A DNA stretch of 64,000 nt from Candidatus Eiseniibacteriota bacterium. Lineage in GTDB: Bacteria > Eisenbacteria > RBG-16-71-46. A program made the position numbers and the translations under genes. This document shows positions 13,346 to 22,311 of this stretch, one piece after another. Each line of letters starts with the position of its first letter. The first letter of the stretch is position 1. Under the pieces are notes generated by a model. That model had not been told where the DNA came from, made no database searches, and saw only the letters and a list, made by a program, of their open reading frames with translations. The stretch covers positions 15,140 to 79,139 of the forward strand of contig JBGPFC010000018.1 in NCBI GenBank assembly GCA_041483195.1, written 5' to 3'.

Positions 13346-13453
13346 GTGACGAACCGGGACTTCGGCGACTTAGAGCTGATCGAGCCGCTCGCCAAGGGCG
13401 GTATGGCGTGGGTGTGGAAGGCCCGCGAGCGAGCCCTCGATCGCCGCCTTTAG
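13346..13453 (+). pseudogene. Ser/Thr protein kinase N-terminal fragment
   Basis: 35 codons (FGDLELIEPLAKGGMAWVWKARERALDRR) matching the Gly-loop GGMxxVxKA..LDR pattern, then TAG; SD-like GGAGAGG upstream. Confidence 0.65.
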
Positions 13454-13585
13454 GATCGCGATGATCTGCGCTTCCCTGGAGCGCTTCCCGGTGCTCGGCA
13501 TGCGATCCTCAGTGCCGCCGAGGCTAACGAAGACTCGCTATTCGTTCCGTGTGAGCTTCCGGGGGCTACGTCGGGCGCTATGACT

Positions 13586-14623
13586 CTATGGATTGAATGT
13601 GAGCTGCCTCTTATTGCCGGAGGCGACTGTGACGATCCAATTGGTGCCGTTGCTCAAAGTGAAGTCGAGCGAGCTGAACGCAACATAGGCGATGTCGGTC
13701 CCGGTTGGACTCCAAGCGTAGCTGTTGAGGACGGAAGAGCCGACTAGACGTCGTGGCTGGCTTCCAATTGAGTCCGCGATCCATAGCTCTAGTGGTTCAC
13801 CGCCGGTGAGCGGACGCTGTAGAAAGGCGATCTCGCTGCCATCCGGCGCGTATCGTGGCAGGAAGTACTGAGACGACGCACTATTCAACAGGATTCGCTG
13901 AGCACCGGTGTCCAAGCGGTACTCTACAATCTGCGATGAGGTGAGCCGACCTGCCGAATGGCCGTTCACGACGCCCAAGAGTCGAGGAGAAGAACTGTCC
14001 CAGTCTGGATAGTCCAATTGCGAATGCACGAGGTGCGCCCCTCCGCCATTCGCACCGACGATCCATGCCCCAATCGGTTGGTCCTGTCTTTGAAAGTAGA
14101 CTACGGAGTCAGCTGCCGGGTTCCACCGTGGCACGTCGGCTCGCCCGGGCGTCGGGAGAACAGCCAAGCCCGCCGAGTCTGGAAGACCGCCGACGAGGGG
14201 GAACGTGAAGAGTCGTGGACCGACACTCGTTAGCAGCCAGCAAACCAACTTCGTACCGTCACGCGAGATATCTGGAGCGCCCGGGTAGAGTGCCATGTGG
14301 CGGTGCAGATCCGTCCCATCGGCGCGGATTACCCACCATCCTCCCAGAGAGTCAATCCAGTCATAACGGACGTCGCCGGTGGTGGGATCGTAGGAGAGAC
14401 TTCGCAGCGGAAGATGATCGAATAGCAGATGAGTTCCATCCGGAGACCAGACCGGATCCCCGTACGGCGATCCGGCGAGATACGACGGCGGGATAATCCC
14501 ACTCTTGGGACGAGAGGGGTGATGGCTACAGCTCAGGGCCAAGACCATTGTTGTAGCCATGAGTAGCAGCCGCCCTACGCAAAGACGGATGCTGGCAACC
14601 ACGTGAGTGAATCGCTCTAGCAT
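13586..14623 (-). CDS. TolB-like (PD40 repeat) beta-propeller lipoprotein
   Basis: Lipobox LALSC; repeated WSPDG/ISRDG/YAPDG/WSPTG. Start uncertain (14623 or 14560). Confidence 0.7.
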   Translation of the reverse strand: MLERFTHVVASIRLCVGRLLLMATTMVLALSCSHHPSRPKSGIIPPSYLAGSPYGDPVWSPDGTHLLFDHLPLRSLSYDPTTGDVRYDWIDSLGGWWVIRADGTDLHRHMALYPGAPDISRDGTKLVCWLLTSVGPRLFTFPLVGGLPDSAGLAVLPTPGRADVPRWNPAADSVVYFQRQDQPIGAWIVGANGGGAHLVHSQLDYPDWDSSSPRLLGVVNGHSAGRLTSSQIVEYRLDTGAQRILLNSASSQYFLPRYAPDGSEIAFLQRPLTGGEPLELWIADSIGSQPRRLVGSSVLNSYAWSPTGTDIAYVAFSSLDFTLSNGTNWIVTVASGNKRQLTFNP

Positions 14624-14805
14624 GTGAGTGGCGGGCTCCAGAGCGAACGCCGTCAATTGTTTTCGATACGTGCTTGCACAACAATCCAGTCGCTCACCGT
14701 GCCGGCGACCATGAGACGGCGGCGGGCTGCCCGCACCCTTCTCACCACTTCGCAGGCGCCGGGCCCTTAGGCATCTGAGCTCAAATGAGGGCAAGTGCTG
14801 CTCCC

Positions 14806-15609
14806 CTACTTCCCCGACTTTACGCGCACCTCGACGAGCACCCAGTCCGCGAACGCCTTGCCTTTGAACTGGGCCGGCCGGTACTGCGCCTCGCCGATCG
14901 CGTGCGTCGCGGCTGCCACCGCCTCGCCGCTAACTCCCTTGACTGATGTCCGGAGTCCTGCGTCGACCACCTTCCCGTTGGCGCCGACGAAGGCCACCAT
15001 GGGGACCGTTTGAGAGGCACCTTGACAGGTCCCACAGACGACCTCGAGCACGGTCGGGCCGGCTGCGCGCTGACCTGAGCGCTGGATCTCCGCCTGCGTC
15101 ACCTCCTCCGGCTGTTCGATCGGAACGAGGAAGCGTTCACCATATCGGTAGCGTTGGCCGCCCCGCACTGTCTCGAGGCGGGTAAGCCGGCTCGGCTCGA
15201 CGGCGGCTGATTCTGCTTCAACATGAAAGGGAAGTACGAGGTCGAGCTCATGAACAATGTCGCCTTCCACAACCGTCAAATATCCCCGGATCTCCAGGTC
15301 GCCGGGTCGGTCAGGCGAGAGAGTGACGATCCAGCGTTTGCTCGGACCGATGCCACGGCCGCGGTGCAGCGTGTCTCCCGCAACCAACTTCAGGCCTGGA
15401 GACAATTGGAGACGCGCCGTTCCCTCGCCTCCATACTGCCCGGCCATGCTAAACCGAATCCTGGCCGCTTTTCCCACCCGCGGCTGGTCAAGCCAGACAG
15501 CCCCGAACCCGACGGGCGAACTCCCCTCACGCTCGCTGGCGTAGCCCCACACGGCTGAGGCGACAAACGTCCCCGCCACCACCACGCACAGCATCAACTG
15601 TCGCCGCAT
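14806..15609 (-). CDS. Secreted protein with TonB C-terminal-like domain
   Basis: GGAGG SD then MRRQLMLCVVVAG signal peptide; C-terminus VAFVGANGKV...AAATHAI...YRPAQFKGKAFADWVLVEV resembles TonB_C. Confidence 0.6.
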   Translation of the reverse strand: MRRQLMLCVVVAGTFVASAVWGYASEREGSSPVGFGAVWLDQPRVGKAARIRFSMAGQYGGEGTARLQLSPGLKLVAGDTLHRGRGIGPSKRWIVTLSPDRPGDLEIRGYLTVVEGDIVHELDLVLPFHVEAESAAVEPSRLTRLETVRGGQRYRYGERFLVPIEQPEEVTQAEIQRSGQRAAGPTVLEVVCGTCQGASQTVPMVAFVGANGKVVDAGLRTSVKGVSGEAVAAATHAIGEAQYRPAQFKGKAFADWVLVEVRVKSGK

Positions 15610-15670
15610 GACTACCTCCATTACTCCAGCCGCGCCAGGGTGGTCGTCAACTGCCGACCACCCGCCCGGA

Positions 15671-15699
15671 GAATGAGCGCGATCGGCGGCTGAGGCGGG
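15671..15699 (+). repeat. Direct repeat copy 2 (orphan moaA 3' end)
   Basis: GAATGAGCGCGATCGGCGGCTGAGGCGGG, still reads MSAIGG-stop. Confidence 0.9.
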
Positions 15700-15713
15700 T
15701 GCGCTTCGTCGTA

Positions 15714-17816
15714 CTACCGCACGACGACGATCTTGCTCTCCGCCCGCGACGCCCCGGCGCTCAGCCGGCACACGTAGATCCCCGCCGCGACGCGCCGGCC
15801 CCGCGCGTCCCTCCCGTCCCACTCGACCGCGTGAGTTCCCGCGGGGCGCTCGGCGTCCGCCAGCAATCGAACTCGCCGCCCCGACACATCGAACACCTCG
15901 AGGCGCACGCGCGCGAGCGCGGGCAACGTATACGCGATCGTCGCGCGCGTACGAAGCGGATTGGGCCCGATCGACGCGAACCCGAAGCGCGACGCGCGCC
16001 CGGCGTCGGCGACGTCCGCTGCATCGGCGACGTGAATCCGCGCGATCGCGTAGTCGCATCCGCCGCTCTCGGTCGTCACCAGGAATCGCACGTTCACCGA
16101 TCGCCCCAGCATCGAGTCGGGCGGCGTCCACGACAGCGTGTGGCTCGGGGCGTCGAAGCTCATCCCGGGCTCGAGGAGGTACGCATGCCACGTGAGCGGA
16201 TCGTCTTCGGGGTCCGAGCCCTCCACCGTGATCTCGAACGGCGCCCCGGCCGCGCGGACCAGACTCACGAACGGCAACGCGTGATCGATCGCCTGCCCCG
16301 CCACGCGCGTGATCCGCGGCGGCACGCTCATGTTGCGCCGCGCTGCGAAGAGCTGCGTGGTGCGCAGCGCGAGCCGCGTGCCGTCGGGCGAGAGCCGCGG
16401 CGTGAGGATGGGATCGTTGGCGGAATCCGCCTGGTCCGGGTAGTGGAGCACGGGGATCGCGCTCGGAAGCGTGAGCCCGGACGCCGAGGCGTCCAACACG
16501 TGCGTGTGCGAGCCGGTCGTGTCGCCGACGCCGAGCAGCAGCGCCTCGCCGTCGGGCGAGTACGCCGGCGTGCTCGCGATCAGTCCCCCGCCCGGCAGCA
16601 GCACCGGGATCGCTGCGCCGCCGGATGACGCCACCCGGTACACGCCGTGCTTTCCGTTGCGCACGACGTCGTACACGATCCACGCGCCGTCGGGCGACCA
16701 CTGTGGATAGAAATCGTCTCCGGTCGGCTCGTTGGTGAGCTGCACCCCGCGCGTCGTGTCGCCGTCCGCCGGCGTCTTCCACAGGTGATAGTGCTCGCCC
16801 TCCGCGGAATGGCGCGTGAACGCGATCCACTCGCCGTCCGGAGAAAACGCGGGCGTGAGGTCGCCGCGCTCCGCGACGGTTGCGTCGTTGTGGCGCGTGA
16901 CCAGCCGGAGCGTGGTGTCCCCGGCGAGCCCGGGAACCCCCTTCGCCCAGATGGTGTTGTCGGCGCGGCCGAACGCGATCTCGGTGCCGAGCGGCGACCA
17001 CGTCGGGTCGTAGTCGTGCACGCCGCTGTCGGGAAACGTGAACTGCATCAGGTCGTCGCCGTCGCGCGGGTCCGAGTGGGCGATGTACACCGAGCAGTCC
17101 CCGTGGGGCGCGGTATGAATGGTGAAGGCGAGTCGCCGGCCGTCTGGCGACCACGACACCGTGCTCGCGCCGATCACCCCCGAAAGCTCGGCGTCTTCCT
17201 CCGCGACGTCGCAGCTGTCGCACAGGTTGGTGCGGCGGACCAGCGTGCCGAACAGCGCGTGGCGATGCGCGTGGCCGAGGTGGGGCGCGACCAGCGCCGA
17301 ATCCCCGGCGCCGATCGATCCCGAATCGTCGAGATCGCACGGGGCCTCCGAGGCGGTGGCGCGGCCATCGGCGTCGGCGTCGGTGGTGCGCACGCTGGCG
17401 GTGGCGGCGCCCACGGGGGTGCCCGAGACGCTCACCGAGAACTCGATCGTCCCGCACCCGGAGAAGCTCGGGAGGGTGATGCGCGCCCGCCCATCCGCGT
17501 CGGTGCTGTCGTCCGCGAAAATCTTCGGGCCCTGGTCGTTCACGCGCAGGTTCGAGGTGGCGGCGCCGAGCTCCACCCAGATCGACTCGGGCGGCACGCC
17601 GGCCGCGGGGAGACTCGTGTCGCGCAGATACGCGACCACGATCCGGAGCCGCGAGGGATGCGCCGTCGAGACGCTGTCGCCGCCCGGGCAGCCGACGACC
17701 GAATCACGGAACGACCACGCGACGTTGCCGGCATCGAGCGTGCGCGCGCCGGCGGACGCTGGAGCGAGCGCCCCGCTGGCGCACGCAAGCAGCAGGAACG
17801 ACGCGCACCGGCTCAT
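15714..17816 (-). CDS. Secreted TolB-like PD40 propeller protein with Ig-like and FlgD-Ig C-terminal domains
   Basis: Signal peptide MSRCASFLLLACASGALAPASAGA (ATGA overlap with upstream stop); WSPDG repeats; SDPEDDPLTW..LEPGMSFD Ig module; PNP...EVFDVSGRRV...WDGRD...AGIYVCRL. Confidence 0.8.
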   Translation of the reverse strand: MSRCASFLLLACASGALAPASAGARTLDAGNVAWSFRDSVVGCPGGDSVSTAHPSRLRIVVAYLRDTSLPAAGVPPESIWVELGAATSNLRVNDQGPKIFADDSTDADGRARITLPSFSGCGTIEFSVSVSGTPVGAATASVRTTDADADGRATASEAPCDLDDSGSIGAGDSALVAPHLGHAHRHALFGTLVRRTNLCDSCDVAEEDAELSGVIGASTVSWSPDGRRLAFTIHTAPHGDCSVYIAHSDPRDGDDLMQFTFPDSGVHDYDPTWSPLGTEIAFGRADNTIWAKGVPGLAGDTTLRLVTRHNDATVAERGDLTPAFSPDGEWIAFTRHSAEGEHYHLWKTPADGDTTRGVQLTNEPTGDDFYPQWSPDGAWIVYDVVRNGKHGVYRVASSGGAAIPVLLPGGGLIASTPAYSPDGEALLLGVGDTTGSHTHVLDASASGLTLPSAIPVLHYPDQADSANDPILTPRLSPDGTRLALRTTQLFAARRNMSVPPRITRVAGQAIDHALPFVSLVRAAGAPFEITVEGSDPEDDPLTWHAYLLEPGMSFDAPSHTLSWTPPDSMLGRSVNVRFLVTTESGGCDYAIARIHVADAADVADAGRASRFGFASIGPNPLRTRATIAYTLPALARVRLEVFDVSGRRVRLLADAERPAGTHAVEWDGRDARGRRVAAGIYVCRLSAGASRAESKIVVVR

Positions 17817-19798
17817 GGCCCGCTCGGCGGCCCGCCCGGTGGAGGCCTCGGCAAGCTCTGCAGCCGGTCGAGTATGACGCGCGCGACGCGATTGGTGGGC
17901 TCGAGCGCCACCAGCGTCTCGAGCGCCGCCATCGCCCGCGGAAAATCGCCGCGGCTCGCCCAGCTCGCGGCAAGCAGCATCCGCGCCTCGGGGTTGGCGT
18001 GCCACAGCGTCATCGCGCGGCTCGCCTCGCGCTCCCCGGCCACCGGGTCGCCCAGCCGGTAGAGGCACACCGCGCGAATGCCGGCGATCTTCCCGAGGAA
18101 GGCGCGCGCGTCGCGATCGGTCTGGAGCGAGTCCGCGCGCTCGATCGCGGCGCGCGCCGCGAGCACGTCGTGGTCGCGGTTGATGGCGTCCTGCGCGCGC
18201 AGCAGCTCCCGCATCGCGTCGATGTCGATGAGGGCGATCTGTGGGCTCGAGAACTCCTCGTACTGCACGATGGTCGTGAGTGGAAGCTCCCGCGCGCGCG
18301 CGAAATCCTCGTAGCGCACCCAGCGCATCGTGGTGTCCCGGTACCACACGTGGAGCGCGCGCGAGCCTTCGAACGCGTACTCGGCCGCCATCGGCATGTT
18401 CTGCTGGCCGATCATCGCCCCGCGCGGCAGGTTCGGGTACTCGCGGAGCAGCGTCTGGCGCGTCTCGCGCATCAGGCGCTGGAGGCGCGTCACCTTGGGG
18501 AAATCGGCGAACGCTCCGCGCTCGGGCGGGGTCGAGGTGATGCCGGGGGGCGCCGGCGGGCTCGCCACGAGCGCCGCGAGCCGCACGCCGAGCAGCAGCG
18601 GCGCGAGCGCGGGCAGCGCGGCGTCGAGCGCCGCCGCGAGCGCCACGCCCAGGCCCACGCTCCCGAACAGCGTGCGCGCCGGCGCCCAGATCGGAAAGAT
18701 CGGAACCAGCACGCCGCACGAGAGGGCGAACCACGCGAGCCCCCACCACGTCCATCCCGCGCGGTGCGCGAAGCAGGCGCGAGCGCGCGGCGATCGCGCG
18801 AGCCTCGCGCCCGCGACCAGGACGATCGCCGCCGCGCCGCCCAGGATCCACAGGTCCCAACGCCCCGCCATGAGCTCGAGGCTGAACACGGCGAGCACGC
18901 TGTTCCATGTCGCCCACTTCAGCCGCGCGACCAGCGATGTGTGGAGCATCGCGGGATCGGTCTCGAGATGGTGCGGCAGCGCGAGCCCCGCGTGGCGGCG
19001 GACGAGGAGGTACGCGATGCCCCACACGGCGACCACGATCGCGCTCCCCAGGATCCAGCGCGCGCGGGGCCGACGCGCCTCGCCCGTCGCCTGCGGCACC
19101 CACGGCAGCATGAGCGCGGTGACCATCGCCACCTCCTTGAACAGCAACGCCGCGAGCAGCGAGCCGAGCGCGGTGCCCATGCGGCGGCGCGAGGCCTCGT
19201 GCAGCGCGAGCGCCGAGAACAGGAACGGCCCGATCTCGACCATCTCCGCCGGCCACGTGATGAGCGTGCGCGCGGACTCCGCGATCAGGGGGAAGCTGGC
19301 CGCGATCGCCGCGAGGTGTCCCGGCCAGCTGGGCCGCAGCATGCGGTAGATCAGCAGCGATCCGGCGCCGAGCAGCGCGGTGTGGAGCGCCGCGATCGCA
19401 CCCGGGTGCGCGAGCACGAGGCGTCCCACCAGGCTGAAGTAGCCCTGGTGCGCGAACGGGCGCCAGAACGCGAGCGAGCCGCCGCCGTCGAACACTCCGT
19501 GCCTGCCCTCGAGCAGCGCGTGATGGAGGAAATCGAAATCGTCGGCCACCGCTTCGCCGAGCGGCGCGCCGAGGCTGCGCAACACCAGCGGGACGAGCGC
19601 CGCCAGCGTGAGCCACGCCCACGGATCGCGCCAGGTCGGCGGCGGCGGGGATGGCGGCGCGGGCGGCGCGAACGGTGCGCGCGAGGGCGCGCGGGACGGC
19701 GCGGAGGCGCCCCGCCCCGACTTGTCGCGCGAACCGGACGGTCCCCGCGCGGGCTGGCCGCGCGGCGTGCGTGGGGCGGCGTTGCGTCGCTGCTTCAG
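17813..19798 (-). CDS. GT-C-fold (TMTC-like) membrane protein with TPR, paralog 3 (probable CTG start)
   Basis: ADDFDFL, FWRPF, LLFKE. Homologous WRDPWAW TM1 lies upstream of the first GTG (19585); GAGGTG-N5-CTG at 19798. Confidence 0.65.
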   Translation of the reverse strand: MKQRRNAAPRTPRGQPARGPSGSRDKSGRGASAPSRAPSRAPFAPPAPPSPPPPTWRDPWAWLTLAALVPLVLRSLGAPLGEAVADDFDFLHHALLEGRHGVFDGGGSLAFWRPFAHQGYFSLVGRLVLAHPGAIAALHTALLGAGSLLIYRMLRPSWPGHLAAIAASFPLIAESARTLITWPAEMVEIGPFLFSALALHEASRRRMGTALGSLLAALLFKEVAMVTALMLPWVPQATGEARRPRARWILGSAIVVAVWGIAYLLVRRHAGLALPHHLETDPAMLHTSLVARLKWATWNSVLAVFSLELMAGRWDLWILGGAAAIVLVAGARLARSPRARACFAHRAGWTWWGLAWFALSCGVLVPIFPIWAPARTLFGSVGLGVALAAALDAALPALAPLLLGVRLAALVASPPAPPGITSTPPERGAFADFPKVTRLQRLMRETRQTLLREYPNLPRGAMIGQQNMPMAAEYAFEGSRALHVWYRDTTMRWVRYEDFARARELPLTTIVQYEEFSSPQIALIDIDAMRELLRAQDAINRDHDVLAARAAIERADSLQTDRDARAFLGKIAGIRAVCLYRLGDPVAGEREASRAMTLWHANPEARMLLAASWASRGDFPRAMAALETLVALEPTNRVARVILDRLQSLPRPPPGGPPSGP

Positions 19799-19828
19799 CG
19801 GAGCACCTCGCGGGTTGCGGTCGCGGCG

Positions 19829-21157
19829 CTAGTTCCCGTACAGCGTGTGGCCCGGCGGCGGCGTCATTCCGTGAAGGCGTGGCTCGTAGTGTTCGCCCGC
19901 CCTGACCACGCGCGTGATCGGCGAGGACCAGCTGTTCTCGAACGAGCGGCGGGCCTCGAGCGCGATCGCCCGATTCTCCATGGTGAGCGCGACGTTGCGC
20001 ACCGAGTGGAAGTAGCTCGGCTCCCAGTTGTCGGTGCCGACCCACGTCCAGAGCGAGTCCACCACCATGTACTTGCAGTGCTCGACTCGCGCGAACGGAA
20101 TGTAGCCCTGGGTCCACTCGGGGATGCTCGACATGCGGGTCTCGACGTTGGGCAACGTGGAGAGCGCCTGCACGTCGCCGATCCGGGCGTTGTCGGCCTC
20201 CCAGTCGGAGACCAGCAGCTTCACGCTCACCCCGCGCCCCGCCGCGCGGCGCAGCGCGAGGTCGATCGTGTCGTCGCGGCGTTCGCGCTGCCCGATCGCG
20301 TACGAGTAGATCTGGATTGCGATCTCGCGGCGCGCCGAGTCGAGCAGGCGAACGATCGCGTCGCGATCCCAGCGCGTGGTGTCGGGAATGAACGGCCGCG
20401 GCGTGACGCTCGGCCAGAGCCGCACCGTGTCGCCCTTCGACTGGATCAGCGTGAGCGGCCAGGCGGCGCCGGCCTGTCGCGGCCACGACGCGAGCAGCCC
20501 CGCGCCGGTCGAGTCGCGGCCCGCGATCTGCTCTCCCGCCACCTGCCAGTCCAGCTCGAAGACGTCTGCGTAGAACGCGGCCAGCCGCGGGTCGCGCACG
20601 CGCACCCCCAGCTCGTGAATGTGCTTGAACGAGCGCCAGTCGAAGTTCTGGCTGCCGAGGTAGACCTGCTCGCCGTCGGCCATGAAGAACTTCGCGTGCT
20701 GGATGCCGCCCGCGATCTTTCTCACGTCGATCGTGCGCACGCTGACCCCGGGTACCGTGCCCAGCGAATCCCCCGGTTGCGGGTAGGTCTTGTGCATGCT
20801 CGCATCGAGCAGCAGCCGCACCTTGACGCCGCGCTTCGCCGCAGCGCCGATCGCGGCCAGCAGATCGTCGGTGGGCTCCCCGGGCCAGGCGGAGCAGTAC
20901 ATTTCCTCGAAGTCGAGCGTGTGCTGCGCGCCGCGAATCATCTCGAGCCACACCTCGTGCGCGACCGGAATCGCGGGGTTGCCGAGCGTGGTCTCGACCG
21001 GCCGCGTCTCGGCCAGCGTGACCGGCCGCGCGGCGGGCGCGGGCGCGGCCGGCGGCGCGGCGGCGGCCGCGCGAGCGGCCGGAACCAGCGTGAGCGCCAT
21101 CGCGAGTGCGGCGCAGAGCGCGGCGCGCGGGCGGGACGGGTGCGGGAGCGTGTTCAT
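19829..21157 (-). CDS. Secreted phospholipase D family protein (two HKD motifs, PLD3/K4-like)
   Basis: Signal peptide; HAKFFMADG..YLGSQNFDWRS and HCKYMVVDS..GTDNW. Confidence 0.88.
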   Translation of the reverse strand: MNTLPHPSRPRAALCAALAMALTLVPAARAAAAAPPAAPAPAARPVTLAETRPVETTLGNPAIPVAHEVWLEMIRGAQHTLDFEEMYCSAWPGEPTDDLLAAIGAAAKRGVKVRLLLDASMHKTYPQPGDSLGTVPGVSVRTIDVRKIAGGIQHAKFFMADGEQVYLGSQNFDWRSFKHIHELGVRVRDPRLAAFYADVFELDWQVAGEQIAGRDSTGAGLLASWPRQAGAAWPLTLIQSKGDTVRLWPSVTPRPFIPDTTRWDRDAIVRLLDSARREIAIQIYSYAIGQRERRDDTIDLALRRAAGRGVSVKLLVSDWEADNARIGDVQALSTLPNVETRMSSIPEWTQGYIPFARVEHCKYMVVDSLWTWVGTDNWEPSYFHSVRNVALTMENRAIALEARRSFENSWSSPITRVVRAGEHYEPRLHGMTPPPGHTLYGN

Positions 21158-21167
21158 GGACCGGCTC

Positions 21168-22157
21168 CTATCGTGGGTGGGCGCGAAGCGCGGGCTTCTC
21201 GCCCAGAAACATCACTTCCTCTTCGAGCGTGACGCCGAACTTCACGCGCACCCGCTCCTTCATGATCGCCGCCAGCTCGAGCACCTCGCGCGCGGTCGCG
21301 TGGCCGGCGTTCACGATGATGTTGGCGTGCTTCGCGAACACCATCGCGTCGCCGACGCGCAGCCCCCGGCAATCGCATTCGTCGAGCAGCTGGCCGGCCG
21401 CGACCCGCCGGGTACCGGGCGAGAGCCTGGCGCCCGGCATCTGCCAGTCGGGCGGCAGATTCTTGAAGTACGAGCCGGCGGTCGGCTCGATCCGCCACTG
21501 CGGATGCTTGACGCGCCGCACCTCGAGCTTCTCGTCGATCACCTTCTGGATCGCGGCGTGCTCGCCCCTGCGGAGCTGGAGCAGGCATGAGAGTAGCACG
21601 CGCGGTTCGCGCTTGAGGCGCGAGTCCCGGTAGGTGAACTCGTACCACGCGGCGGGTCGGGTCTCGACCGTCGCGCCGTCGAGCGTCGCGTGCGTGCACT
21701 CGATGGTGTACGAGCCGATGTCCTCGCCGTAGCAGCCGGCGTTGCCGTAGAGCGCGCCGCCCACCGAGCCCGGGATGCCGGCCGCGAACTCGAGCCCCGA
21801 CAGGTCCCGGTCGCGACACTGGTAGATGAGCTCGAGAAAGTCGACGCCGCCCTCGACGTGCGCCGCGGTGCGGTCGAACTGGATCGTCTCGCAGGCGTTG
21901 CGCACCACGAGGCCGCGAAAGCCGGCGTCCGAGACCAGCAGATTGCTGCCGCCCCCCAGCAGGAACACGGGCAGCGCGATCTCGTGCGCGACGCGCAGCG
22001 CGGCGACCAGCTGGTCCGGCGTCGGAGCCGCGTAGAAGAAATCAGCCGGCCCGCCGATGCGAAAGGTGGTGTGATGGCGCAGCGGCTCCTGGGTGAGGAG
22101 CCCCTCGCCCAGCGACTGGCGCAGGCGATCTTCGATCGAGCGGACGGGTGCGGGCAT
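21168..22157 (-). CDS. murB: UDP-N-acetylenolpyruvoylglucosamine reductase
   Basis: HTTFRIGGPA, LGGGSNLLVSD, GLEFAAGIPGSVGGA..GNAG, TAGSYFKN, KHANIIVN, LEEEV. Confidence 0.95.
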   Translation of the reverse strand: MPAPVRSIEDRLRQSLGEGLLTQEPLRHHTTFRIGGPADFFYAAPTPDQLVAALRVAHEIALPVFLLGGGSNLLVSDAGFRGLVVRNACETIQFDRTAAHVEGGVDFLELIYQCRDRDLSGLEFAAGIPGSVGGALYGNAGCYGEDIGSYTIECTHATLDGATVETRPAAWYEFTYRDSRLKREPRVLLSCLLQLRRGEHAAIQKVIDEKLEVRRVKHPQWRIEPTAGSYFKNLPPDWQMPGARLSPGTRRVAAGQLLDECDCRGLRVGDAMVFAKHANIIVNAGHATAREVLELAAIMKERVRVKFGVTLEEEVMFLGEKPALRAHPR

Positions 22158-22311
22158 GGGAATGGAGCACGTTCGCCGATCCGCGGGGCGACGGTCAAGC
22201 CGGGGAAAACGCTCGGCCGCGGGACGAGGGCGGGTGGCACCCTCGTCGCGGCGCGCGCTATAGTCTGCGTGGTTCATGGTCCCTCCCGCCGTCCCAGTGG
22301 AGACCCTCGTG

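Noticed and set aside
15714..20951. 1745-aa ORF as a single protein
   Set aside because: Only 15714-17816 is real (signal peptide at an ATGA overlap); the rest is an alternative frame of upstream genes.
22235..22250. TGGCAC-CCTCG-TCGC sigma-54-like motif upstream of the selenoprotein
   Set aside because: -12 box is imperfect, the motif is part of a GACGAGGG/CCCTCGTC inverted repeat, and a TATAGT sigma-70-like box follows; not called.
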